This document shows positions 18,354 through 27,078 of a stretch of DNA of 64,000 nt, piece after piece. Made by a program: the position numbers and the translations under genes. This DNA comes from a virus: positions 18,287-82,286 of IMG/VR virus record IMGVR_UViG_3300020020_000026, one strand, 5' to 3'. Under the pieces are notes generated by a model that saw only the letters and a list, made by a program, of their open reading frames with translations, was not told the origin of the DNA and made no database searches. Every line of letters begins with the position of its first letter. Position 1 is the stretch's first letter.

Positions 18354-19256
18354 TTAGTTCTTACTCGCGAGAATGACATCGATGTATTGAATGCTCATCG
18401 TGATCGGGTGGGTATGACCGTAATTGTTGCCTTGGTAATCCGTGACCATTCCATAAAAGGCGGCAGCGCCACTTACGGCGGACACCGTTAAGTCGGCCCC
18501 GAAACCATTTGGGATCACATAGTTGTGGGCGTGTCTGGTCATTTCGTTGTAGTCAACGGAGTGATAGCCAACCACGCTCTGCGCCATCACCGATGAGAAC
18601 GGATAGATGCCCGCAGCACTGCCACCGGCTCCGCTGACGACGCGCAGCGCCTTGTCGTTCTGCGTCGTGAGCTTGGTCCAAGCAGTCGGGGCCGATGCCT
18701 GGTAGAACAGCATGACCGTGCCAGCCGGGACCAGCGCCACTCCCGGCGTGCCTTGAATACCCTGCGGACCTTGCGGCCCGGTCGGACCAGTCGGTCCAAC
18801 GGGGCCAACCGGACCCTCTACAGTCGAAGCTGCGCCAACCGGCCCAACGTCGCCAGCGACACCCAAAGTCCAATTGTCGAACTCCCCCGATCCAACCGCA
18901 CGATCAAGAGAAACTTGTAGTTCCTTGACAGCGAATGTCGTGACGAGGCCTTCCATGTAATTGGCAGGCGCGTTTTTCGACACCGCGCGCACGCGGACGC
19001 CAGGCGAATAGGCGAGGTTCTCTTCGTTGAGGACCAGGGTAACGATTCCGGCCGCAGCAATCGTCGCGGTGGTACTGCTGGTCGCCAGAAAGCCCGCACC
19101 GTCCGCACCAGCGGCACCCGGTGTACCAGGCGGCCCCATCGGACCCACCAAGCCCTGAGCGCCGTCGTCACCGGCCTCGCCCTTCGGGCCGCGCGGCCCC
19201 TGGAGCGAGCTTCCAAGGGCGATGGTGTCGGTGAGCGGATTGATTTCTGTGGTCAT
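18354..19256 (-). CDS. Collagen-like tail fibre with collar domain
   Basis: Gxy repeats; C-terminus paralogous to 14240-14857. Confidence 0.8.
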   Translation of the reverse strand: MTTEINPLTDTIALGSSLQGPRGPKGEAGDDGAQGLVGPMGPPGTPGAAGADGAGFLATSSTTATIAAAGIVTLVLNEENLAYSPGVRVRAVSKNAPANYMEGLVTTFAVKELQVSLDRAVGSGEFDNWTLGVAGDVGPVGAASTVEGPVGPVGPTGPTGPQGPQGIQGTPGVALVPAGTVMLFYQASAPTAWTKLTTQNDKALRVVSGAGGSAAGIYPFSSVMAQSVVGYHSVDYNEMTRHAHNYVIPNGFGADLTVSAVSGAAAFYGMVTDYQGNNYGHTHPITMSIQYIDVILASKN

Positions 19257-19651
19257 CGCGTCGGCCCAATCGTATTGATGAAGTTGCCGCGCCAGAGGTC
19301 TTGATAAAGACCGTCAGGGGTTTTGATGATCAGGCTATGCTCGTAGGTGCCCTGGGGAATTCGTTGCAGCTCCGCGCGCAGGATGATCACCGCAAATTCC
19401 CAGAGCCCCGCCGTCTCCTGATCTTCCGGGTCGTAAATATCGATGCCGCTTTCGGTGACCAACAGCCCTGCGCTGCTGTTCAGGTCCAGAAACACCTGGT
19501 TGTCTGGCGCATTCTTGCGAATCATCATCCGCAGCGAGCATCCGGTGAAGTCGTAATAGACCGGCGGAATTGCGGTGCCTAGTTGATAGCGAAACGCCTG
19601 CGCGTAATCGGCATCGGTCCACGTTTCGATGGTCACCGTGAATGCTGTCAT
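19253..19651 (-). CDS. Fibre adaptor-like structural protein
   Basis: DFTGCSLRMMIR...GTYEHSL...LWRG. Confidence 0.6.
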   Translation of the reverse strand: MTAFTVTIETWTDADYAQAFRYQLGTAIPPVYYDFTGCSLRMMIRKNAPDNQVFLDLNSSAGLLVTESGIDIYDPEDQETAGLWEFAVIILRAELQRIPQGTYEHSLIIKTPDGLYQDLWRGNFINTIGPTR

Positions 19652-20079
19652 TTGCGTTGTGCCGCCGTGATGAAAAAGTCATCGACATCCTCGACGCCAG
19701 CATCAAGAAGGGTTTTGCTGACGCGATCATCGTTGCGGCGCAGCGATGCAGAAAACCGCCACACCGCCTCAGACTTGCGGTCCACAAACGCAAACACATC
19801 GACGCCGCGCTCAGCCAGCTCCAGGTGAGCCTGGAGCAGGCTCACCGTCTCTGGCACCCGCCTGCGCGCAACGGTTCGATCCGCCTTCTCGACCAGATCG
19901 CGGACCTCGACGCCGTAATGCAGCATCTCCTCCTTGGGATCGTAATACAGCATATGCGACATCGCGACATCGAGCGGCAACTGCCTTGAGATGTTGCTCA
20001 TCTCCGTAGGCGTGACCGGCATCTGAAGCATTTGCCTCGGACGCCTGGCCAGTTGGTCTTTGACGCTTGTTATGGCCAT
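19648..20079 (-). CDS. Hypothetical tail-associated protein
   Basis: 143-aa ORF ending FFITAAQ, a fibre-chaperone-like ending. Confidence 0.55.
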   Translation of the reverse strand: MAITSVKDQLARRPRQMLQMPVTPTEMSNISRQLPLDVAMSHMLYYDPKEEMLHYGVEVRDLVEKADRTVARRRVPETVSLLQAHLELAERGVDVFAFVDRKSEAVWRFSASLRRNDDRVSKTLLDAGVEDVDDFFITAAQRK

Positions 20080-20082
20080 GGC

Positions 20083-21294
20083 TTACAGCCCATGCCTCAC
20101 GCCGTCGATAACCACTGACGCCGCGCCGCTGCCAACGAGGTGGTGAACGTCAAAGATGGCCTGATCGCCCTCATTGTAGTATCCGATACAGGATACGCAG
20201 GCAGAGTTGCCCTGGTTGCCTGAGTGCTGCGCGTTGTTTTGCGAAAAGTAACCAGCGGGGCCGGTGATACGAACACTGTAGGCGCTCTCCGATGTCACAC
20301 CGCCATAACCCGGCATGTATCCGCTATCCATGCACATGGTCCACCAGCCGGTTTCGCCAGCACCGCATGTGAACACGCCGTCCTGGAAGTACGACGTTCG
20401 CATCGTGTTTCTGAGGTTCATGTAGCTTGGCGCGGCGCGGACCCAGGTGCTTTCCGGGACCGAGAAGAAGCCGCTCCAGCAAGCGAAGCCAGCCGCGTAC
20501 TGCGGATAGCGCACGCTCAGCATCTGCATCTTGGAGCCGTCGAAGATCACCCAAAGGATCGCGCCGGGCCTGATATCACCGTTCTGCAAATGCGCGCCGT
20601 CTGGCCAGGTAAGGTAGTAATTGCCAACGGAGTCGATTTGCAGGGTGGTTGTGGTGGTGTTGGCATGCACCGCCATGATCAGGAACGGGTCGCCAGCAAC
20701 GAGTGACGTGATCGTCGGATTGAAGGTGGCATACAAGTTGTTCGGTCCGCCGCCCGCGACCGCATAAGGAATTTTCGTCGTGTAGTTGTTGATGGTCGAG
20801 CTTACGCCGGGAGGGCCATTCCAGTTCTCGATCTGCCAGCCCGCGCCGTCGAAATTCAGGTTGAGGATTTCGCCGGTCAGGAAGTCGCCGCTCTGGCACG
20901 CCGCGCCGTTGGCGCGAATGATCGGCCACGCGCCCAGGTCATTGAGAGCTAGCGTGCTGGCACCAACGCAGTCGTATGCGACCTTGATCCGCACCACCAT
21001 TCCAAAGAACAGGGCTATTGGAGAAGGGTTGAGCGTTGCCACCAGCGCGCTCGCCGTGCCGGTGTCGAGCGCCGCATGGGTGAGCCACGGGTTGCGCTGC
21101 GTCGCCTGCCAAAGTTGCTGGAGGTTGTCGTTTGTCGGCACCATCCCGGCAAACTTGACGCTGTTGACGATCTCGCGCTGGGTAAACTCGATGCTCTCTG
21201 CCGGGATGATCGAGCCCTGGATGCCAGCGGATGGATTGCCGTTGATATAAGGTCCATCCACGCTGTTGATGCCATACGGCGGATTGTACTTAAT
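20083..21294 (-). CDS. Baseplate-attached tail fibre, probable ATT start
   Basis: AGGAGG-N5-ATT gives MKYNPPYG...YINGNP; follows the gp48-like gene. Confidence 0.8.
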   Translation of the reverse strand: MKYNPPYGINSVDGPYINGNPSAGIQGSIIPAESIEFTQREIVNSVKFAGMVPTNDNLQQLWQATQRNPWLTHAALDTGTASALVATLNPSPIALFFGMVVRIKVAYDCVGASTLALNDLGAWPIIRANGAACQSGDFLTGEILNLNFDGAGWQIENWNGPPGVSSTINNYTTKIPYAVAGGGPNNLYATFNPTITSLVAGDPFLIMAVHANTTTTTLQIDSVGNYYLTWPDGAHLQNGDIRPGAILWVIFDGSKMQMLSVRYPQYAAGFACWSGFFSVPESTWVRAAPSYMNLRNTMRTSYFQDGVFTCGAGETGWWTMCMDSGYMPGYGGVTSESAYSVRITGPAGYFSQNNAQHSGNQGNSACVSCIGYYNEGDQAIFDVHHLVGSGAASVVIDGVRHGL

Positions 21295-21312
21295 TGTTGC
21301 CTCCTATTTGAT

Positions 21313-22026
21313 TCATGGCGTGCCCTGCATCGGCCCGCCCAGTGACAGTGCAGTGAAGTCTGGGACGATGTCGGTGTGCGCCGGTTTCCAGCGTTCAAGC
21401 AAGCAAACGATCTCGGTCGGAATGCCAAACTCAAGGTGATGATCGACGCCAACCTCGCCGCCGCCAGGTCCAGCGCGAAACCACCGCAAGCTGATCTGCC
21501 CGATGTTGACGGTCCAGACGAAGCGCATCTCTGGCGGTCCGAGATACCAGCGAAAATTGTCTTCAGGAAACGGACGGGTGTCGCCAACCCTGCTGACGCC
21601 GCTCATATACGGCGCGTACTCTCGAATGACGACATCCGGGTATCCAACCCAGTCCAACAGGTCGATAAAGAACTGCCGCGATTGGCCCCCGATCATCGTC
21701 ATGATCAGGACCAACAGCTTCTGGCGCTCCGCAATCGACGTGGCCGATGGGAAGCAATCGTCGGGAAGCCCCCAGTTGCGTTCCCAGTCGGGGAGCAATT
21801 CCGTCGTCAGACGCGGATCGCTTTCCCGGTCCAGGAGATCGCAAGCCCTGCTGTCGAAAAAGCCCCAGTATTGCGCCAGCCCGTTGCAGGCCCGCTCCAG
21901 CGTCGAGCCGGGGTTCTTCGGCCACGCCTGCCCTTGCGGCAACAATGTCAGGAAAGCCTCGGCGTAGTCGTCCCCTGTTCGGCAAACGTGCCGGTCGCGC
22001 GGGAGAGGCTTGTCTGGGACTGTCAT
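21313..22026 (-). CDS. Mu gp48-like baseplate protein (DUF2313/YmfQ)
   Basis: LLPQGQAWP, ELLPDWERNWGLPD, KPAHT. Confidence 0.88.
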   Translation of the reverse strand: MTVPDKPLPRDRHVCRTGDDYAEAFLTLLPQGQAWPKNPGSTLERACNGLAQYWGFFDSRACDLLDRESDPRLTTELLPDWERNWGLPDDCFPSATSIAERQKLLVLIMTMIGGQSRQFFIDLLDWVGYPDVVIREYAPYMSGVSRVGDTRPFPEDNFRWYLGPPEMRFVWTVNIGQISLRWFRAGPGGGEVGVDHHLEFGIPTEIVCLLERWKPAHTDIVPDFTALSLGGPMQGTP

Positions 22027-23102
22027 AGAAACATGAGGTTACCGAGAACTGCCATGTAGCCCGGCGCTGGCATGATGTCGTCCTCGGCGTTGACGAGATG
22101 GAAGGAGGTCACGTTCGGCGTGTTCATGATCGCTGACGACTTCCAGGCCGCGAAGATCGTCTGGCCAGGCGTCGCCAGCCGAAGCAGCATATCCTCCAGG
22201 CTCTTCTCGATTTCGGCTTGAACCGACAAGCCGCCAGGCAACAGGTTATCGACCGTGACATGGACCGGGTGCGGAATCGGTGACATGACGAAGATATCTT
22301 TCACCGCGACCGGCCGCATGATGTCGAGGTAAGCCGCAACGTCATCGATGTCCTGTTGCAGCGGGAAGCCGCTGTTGTAGGAACGCAGCTCGTCCATCAT
22401 GAAGCGCACGGTGACGGTGCCGATCCCCATCTCCAGTGGATAGCACCAGGCCCGCGTGACGCCAGGCACGGCGAGCGCCCAGTTGATGTAGTCGTGCGCC
22501 GCCCCGCCCATCGGCGGCTGTCGAATGCGGTGCAAGACGCGGGCGCGGAGGTCGTCGTCGTTCTCGACATCGACGCCGCCGGTCATCTCTACGACGGTCA
22601 CCGTATTATCGACGCCGGGGATGGTCTCGTTCAAATCCAGGATGTCGCCCGTGGCGCGATTGCCGAGAGCCCCGGCCGACAGCGCCCGCGCCGTTGTTTC
22701 GGTCGCCGCCAGGCTGACGGTGGTTTCCGCCGTGACCTCGTAATTCATTTCGTCGGTGCCGGTCAGCCGCGCTCCCACCGGAATAACGGTGCCCTCGGTC
22801 CCGGTGAACGCGACGACACCCTCCGCGAAGGTTGCCTGCTTGCGGCCGATGGTGCCGTCAGAATTGACCAGCCAGATCGCGCCGTGCCGATCCAGCCACT
22901 CCGTCTCTGCGGTGTCGGGCAGAAGCTGCAGCGCCAGCCAGTCGATGTATTGCAGATTGAGGTGGGCAAGCGCGCCCTGGGCGTCAGACAGGACGCGAAG
23001 CACTGAGTTTGGAACGCTGGCGTCGGCACCAGGAAGCGACGCCCGGATGTTGTCCCGGACGAGCGATCTGATTTCACGAAGGCTCGGGGTACTCCAAGGC
23101 AT
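22023..23102 (-). CDS. Baseplate J / Mu gp47-like
   Basis: PDTAETEWLDRHG, GGxDVExDDDLRAR, GGAAHDY..WALAVPGV. Confidence 0.92.
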   Translation of the reverse strand: MPWSTPSLREIRSLVRDNIRASLPGADASVPNSVLRVLSDAQGALAHLNLQYIDWLALQLLPDTAETEWLDRHGAIWLVNSDGTIGRKQATFAEGVVAFTGTEGTVIPVGARLTGTDEMNYEVTAETTVSLAATETTARALSAGALGNRATGDILDLNETIPGVDNTVTVVEMTGGVDVENDDDLRARVLHRIRQPPMGGAAHDYINWALAVPGVTRAWCYPLEMGIGTVTVRFMMDELRSYNSGFPLQQDIDDVAAYLDIMRPVAVKDIFVMSPIPHPVHVTVDNLLPGGLSVQAEIEKSLEDMLLRLATPGQTIFAAWKSSAIMNTPNVTSFHLVNAEDDIMPAPGYMAVLGNLMFL

Positions 23103-23103
23103 G

Positions 23104-23610
23104 TCAGGCTCTTTCGATATCGTTCCAGAGGATTTGGAATCGCATTTCTACCGGCCTGTTCGGGCCGCGATAGATCACGACAGCCGCCTCGATACGCTCG
23201 ACGCTGCCGCGCCAGACCTCGACATCGAAGCTGGTCGCAATCCGGTTGTCTACAAAGGGCTGGATTGCCTCCCTGATGTACTGCTCGACACGGACGACGG
23301 TCGCGCCTTCCGGGTCTTCCGGCCCCACGATCTTGGAGCGCCTCAACAGCCACAGCTTGGTGCCTATCGGCCAGCCGTTGAACAAATCCTCCGCCTCCAG
23401 GTCGCCCCACCATCCGGCGCGGTCGGTGCTGTCCGGATCGGGCAGGATGTCGTCAGGAGACGCGAGCCGGTTCGTTCCAAGCGCGACGATGACAGCCGTC
23501 GCCAGCGCCTGGGTGTCGTCCAGCGTTCCGTCATCGAGCAGAAGCCAGTCGATGGGAATCGAGTATCTTGGAAAGGCGTCCGGGCTTTGAAGCAGACGGA
23601 TATCTGGCAT
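23104..23610 (-). CDS. Mu gp46-like baseplate wedge protein
   Basis: LATAVIVALGT, RAGWWGD, GTKLWLLRRSK. Confidence 0.88.
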   Translation of the reverse strand: MPDIRLLQSPDAFPRYSIPIDWLLLDDGTLDDTQALATAVIVALGTNRLASPDDILPDPDSTDRAGWWGDLEAEDLFNGWPIGTKLWLLRRSKIVGPEDPEGATVVRVEQYIREAIQPFVDNRIATSFDVEVWRGSVERIEAAVVIYRGPNRPVEMRFQILWNDIERA

Positions 23611-24632
23611 TATGTCGTCACCCTGATGAAGTCTTTGGCGCGGATGACTCCGCTGACATTGAGGTTGCCGGTTATGTTGAGGTCGCCAGTGATGAAGATG
23701 CCGTCCTCGGTGATCCTGATCTTGTCCTCAAGCGCCCGCTTGCGCGTGAGGAAAGCTTCCTGCTCTGCGCTGAGCGGCGGCGGCGATCTCTTGACGTACT
23801 CGGCAACATCAGCGTCGTCGCCCGGCGGCGGCATGGCCGTGCCAGCAAGCCACGTTCCATCGGTCGGCTTGTAAGCCTCCTTGGTGATGCGGAGGTTGCC
23901 GATGATATGCACGTCGCCGTCGAAGTAGTGCGCCCCGGCCTTGCGCTTGATTGCGGTGCCCTCCATCGCCAGCGTCTTGCCCGCCTTGGCTGAGATGTCC
24001 GCGTCGTGCGCCATGTCCATCTTCTTCTCGCCGAGATCGAGAAACCGCTTGCTCTCCTTCTCGGCCTTTTCATAGCGCTGCTTCTGGCCGGTCTTCTTCT
24101 GGTTTCCGCCGCTGGACGATGACGACGAACTGCCAGTGCCACCGCTGTCGCCCTCGGCATACTGGGTGGGTCCAGCCCCTTGCTGCTGTTGCTGTTGCTG
24201 CTCGACCTTGTGCAGCGCGATCCTGATCTTCTTGTTGTCCAGCCCGGTCAGGAAAGCGCCGTCCTTGTTGAAGTGGAATTGCTGTTGCTGGTGGTCGAAG
24301 AACGCCACGTCTCCAGGCTTCAGCTCCTTCAACCGAAAGCGCCGGTCGTCCATCACGGTCGCGACCGGAAACGATCTGTTGCCGCCCAGGAACGACAGGT
24401 AGGCCTCGGCGCATTGTTCTATCACGCCGCCTTTGCCCTTGGTCGCTGGCATGACGACGGAGGTGAAGCCGTAATTCTGCGGGCTTTCGATCTTCGAGCG
24501 GTTCTCGCCGCCCATGAACATTCCCTTCATCTCTTGCATCAAGGGATTGTCGCTGACCGAATCGACCAGAGCGCGAGCCCCGCCGCTGGTGTAAGCGGTG
24601 AACGCCTGTTGCAGTGGGTTTTGACGATGCAT
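23610..24632 (-). CDS. Mu gp45-like baseplate spike/assembly protein
   Basis: QNYGFTS, GGNRS, DDRRFR..LKPGDV; polyQ/S linker. Confidence 0.85.
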   Translation of the reverse strand: MHRQNPLQQAFTAYTSGGARALVDSVSDNPLMQEMKGMFMGGENRSKIESPQNYGFTSVVMPATKGKGGVIEQCAEAYLSFLGGNRSFPVATVMDDRRFRLKELKPGDVAFFDHQQQQFHFNKDGAFLTGLDNKKIRIALHKVEQQQQQQQGAGPTQYAEGDSGGTGSSSSSSSGGNQKKTGQKQRYEKAEKESKRFLDLGEKKMDMAHDADISAKAGKTLAMEGTAIKRKAGAHYFDGDVHIIGNLRITKEAYKPTDGTWLAGTAMPPPGDDADVAEYVKRSPPPLSAEQEAFLTRKRALEDKIRITEDGIFITGDLNITGNLNVSGVIRAKDFIRVTT

Positions 24633-24644
24633 TAAGCCCCCTCT

Positions 24645-25751
24645 TTATGTGCTGACTGTCGGGTCGGGCGGTGGCGATCCTGGCCCTTGCTGCGGGTTTC
24701 CAAGCTGGTAGAGCTTGTCGCCCAGCATCCACGGCAGGACGCACTCAAGCACTGTAATCGTGCCGCCCCTGGTGTCCTGGGTGAAGGTCGCGGTCTGTAT
24801 CTTCATGCCCATGTTCAATGGGCACATTGGCGAATAGATCATGACGTTATCGCCGGTCTGCCAAAGCGCGCCACCATCGCGCAGCCAGCCTTGCACCGTG
24901 ACGTTGCAGCGGATTTGCGTGCCGTCAGCCTGCAGCGCCTCGTAGTTGGCGCGCATCTGCGCCTCGGCGGCGTTCTTTGCCGGTTGCTCCAGGACGATCT
25001 CCTTGAAGCGATACCATCCCTTGAGGGCACCCTTTGTCCTGGCCATGATCGCGTTAACCGCAGCGCCAAACCTGTTGTCGCTAACGGCATATTGCCCGTG
25101 CAGCTTGTAGAGGCTGTACATCAGTTCGTTGGAGAAGATGCACGTCATCTTCAGGATGTTCTGGCCTTCGGTCAGTTGCTGCACGACAGGCATCGAATGT
25201 TCGCCAATCAGCAGCAAGTTGCCGAGATGGTCCGATCCCAGCGTCGCGTTACGCATGCGCGCGACTTTGTCGAGGAAGTCGAACACCAGCTCGCCAGGCT
25301 GCGATTGCAGCCGCTCAAATTTGGTCAGGTCCACCTTGCCGATGACCTTGAGCATTCCGCCTGCATCGGTCACGGCCTTCATGGCCGACTGGATAACGGT
25401 CATGTTGTCGAAATTATTCTTGTTGTCCTCGCTGGGAATGCTGGACGTAGACGCCGCCCATTGCTTACCGACACCTGACAACTGCACCCCGTGTTCGGTG
25501 CCAGCGTAGCCAACTTGCCGCTGGGTGATGATTCCGGTCACCGCGAGCTGGCCGCCAAGTCTGATTTCGCACGGGTCGCCAGGTTTGAATTTCAATTCGC
25601 GATATAGAAAATTCGAATGGGTGCCTTCAGCCGCAGTGAACCGGAATGTTGGCCACCCCTCCTGCCACCGATGCTGGACGTAAACCGATTCCCAGTCCTG
25701 AAACGATACGCCGCTAACAGTAAGCTGCGCGACCTCATGCGGGTTCGGCAT
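24645..25751 (-). CDS. Mu gpP/gp44-like baseplate hub
   Basis: QPGELVFDFL, LTEGQNI, TVQGW...LW. Confidence 0.85.
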   Translation of the reverse strand: MPNPHEVAQLTVSGVSFQDWESVYVQHRWQEGWPTFRFTAAEGTHSNFLYRELKFKPGDPCEIRLGGQLAVTGIITQRQVGYAGTEHGVQLSGVGKQWAASTSSIPSEDNKNNFDNMTVIQSAMKAVTDAGGMLKVIGKVDLTKFERLQSQPGELVFDFLDKVARMRNATLGSDHLGNLLLIGEHSMPVVQQLTEGQNILKMTCIFSNELMYSLYKLHGQYAVSDNRFGAAVNAIMARTKGALKGWYRFKEIVLEQPAKNAAEAQMRANYEALQADGTQIRCNVTVQGWLRDGGALWQTGDNVMIYSPMCPLNMGMKIQTATFTQDTRGGTITVLECVLPWMLGDKLYQLGNPQQGPGSPPPDPTVST

Positions 25752-25752
25752 T

Positions 25753-26424
25753 TCAGAACGCCAGGGCTCGTCCCTCGCGTGGCGCGAAGGCGGGATGCAC
25801 GACTTTATTCTCTGCTCTTAACTGGTCGGCCCGCCCTGCGGTGTCGTACAGCCGGTGCGACAGAACCAGGGTCGGACGCGGCTTGGCGAATCGATAGGAC
25901 AGCATTTGCGGAAGCGGATGAGCCGTCTGGTACAGGTGGAATGTCACGGCAGCGTGCAGCGTGACCAGCGCTCGATACGCCACCAGCACCATCTCGTCGG
26001 CGGCAGTCTCTTCGGCCGGGTTGAATGCTGCGTTGACCTCGTCCCGCACCTTATCGACATCCTGTCGGCTGACGAACGTCATATCGACAATGTTCATCGA
26101 CATATGCTGCAAAGCGAAACAGACGCAGCCGTTCTTGAGCAGTGTCGCGACCAGGGAGTACGGATTTTCCAGAAGAATGCGCTCCCGGATATGATTGAAC
26201 TCGCTCAGCGTCGCCCCGGTCGCCCGCGCCAGCTCGAAGCATTCGGACAGCTTTTCACCGATAGTATTGTTGGCGATGTAGCTTTCCGCCCCCGCCTTGA
26301 TGTCCCCGCAAGCACGCCGCAGAGCTGAGCCAGACATTCCCTTCTGGTCGTTCGATGTCGCGAGCAGCAAATCGGCAACAAGAGTTACAATAGCTGCGCC
26401 CTCGCTGATGTCCTGATGGATCAT
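25753..26424 (-). CDS. Mu gpN-like C-terminal half (DNA circulation/tail protein)
   Basis: PTLVLSHRLY...RADQL..EN...HPAF. Confidence 0.75.
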   Translation of the reverse strand: MIHQDISEGAAIVTLVADLLLATSNDQKGMSGSALRRACGDIKAGAESYIANNTIGEKLSECFELARATGATLSEFNHIRERILLENPYSLVATLLKNGCVCFALQHMSMNIVDMTFVSRQDVDKVRDEVNAAFNPAEETAADEMVLVAYRALVTLHAAVTFHLYQTAHPLPQMLSYRFAKPRPTLVLSHRLYDTAGRADQLRAENKVVHPAFAPREGRALAF

Positions 26425-27068
26425 GCTCCGACTTGCCCCTGGCTGGCTTCGTGGGCCTTCTTCAGCTCAGACGCGATCCAGCCTTTGTTCGCCTCGTTGA
26501 GCTGACTGACCGCATAATAGACCCCAGCCTTGCTGTTGCGTTCGCCGGTCGCGGGGGCTTTGCCGTATTCGGTAAAGCTCATATCGAATGAGCAATAGCC
26601 ACCCTGCCGGTTTTCCTCCGTGACACGATAGCGCGTGCAGACCGCCTCGATCAGCCCAAGCAGCGGCAACTGAAGAATGGCCGGGCCTTCTGTTTCCAGC
26701 GCCAGGATCAGCGCATCGCGCGCCGTGATGTAGTTCTTCTTCTGCAAAACACTTTCGCCCTCTCTCGGATAGACGACGATGTAGCCGCGCACGGTGAACT
26801 CGCGCTGGCGGCGGCCCATATCCTCGGCATACGGCAAGTCGCGCTTCGGGAATTCATGCGACACGATGCGACGTGCAGATTCGCGCACTGCTGTATCGAC
26901 ATGAAACCGCGCGTTGCGAAACTTGGCTGGCATCCACCGGCCGCGCCAGGCCTTGCCGGACTCCAGCTCCAGAATCTTGGTGGCTCTGGCGGGCCTCAAC
27001 CCTTTGCCGGATGCGACGGGTTGAGAAAGCTGTTGCGGCTGCATTGCTGGAGGAAGGACTGGAGGCAT
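26421..27068 (-). CDS. DNA circulation N-terminal domain protein (Mu gpN-like)
   Basis: FRNARFHV, HEFPKRD.PYAEDMGR. Confidence 0.88.
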   Translation of the reverse strand: MPPVLPPAMQPQQLSQPVASGKGLRPARATKILELESGKAWRGRWMPAKFRNARFHVDTAVRESARRIVSHEFPKRDLPYAEDMGRRQREFTVRGYIVVYPREGESVLQKKNYITARDALILALETEGPAILQLPLLGLIEAVCTRYRVTEENRQGGYCSFDMSFTEYGKAPATGERNSKAGVYYAVSQLNEANKGWIASELKKAHEASQGQVGA

Positions 27069-27078
27069 GAGGGGTTAC

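Noticed and set aside
14240-19256. Diversity-generating retroelement (paralogous fibre tips)
   Set aside because: No reverse transcriptase; both copies are coding and differ at all base types rather than only at adenines
25753-27068. Pseudogenised (frameshifted) DNA circulation gene
   Set aside because: The two halves are coupled by an ATGA overlap with a GGAG RBS, consistent with a natural split gene
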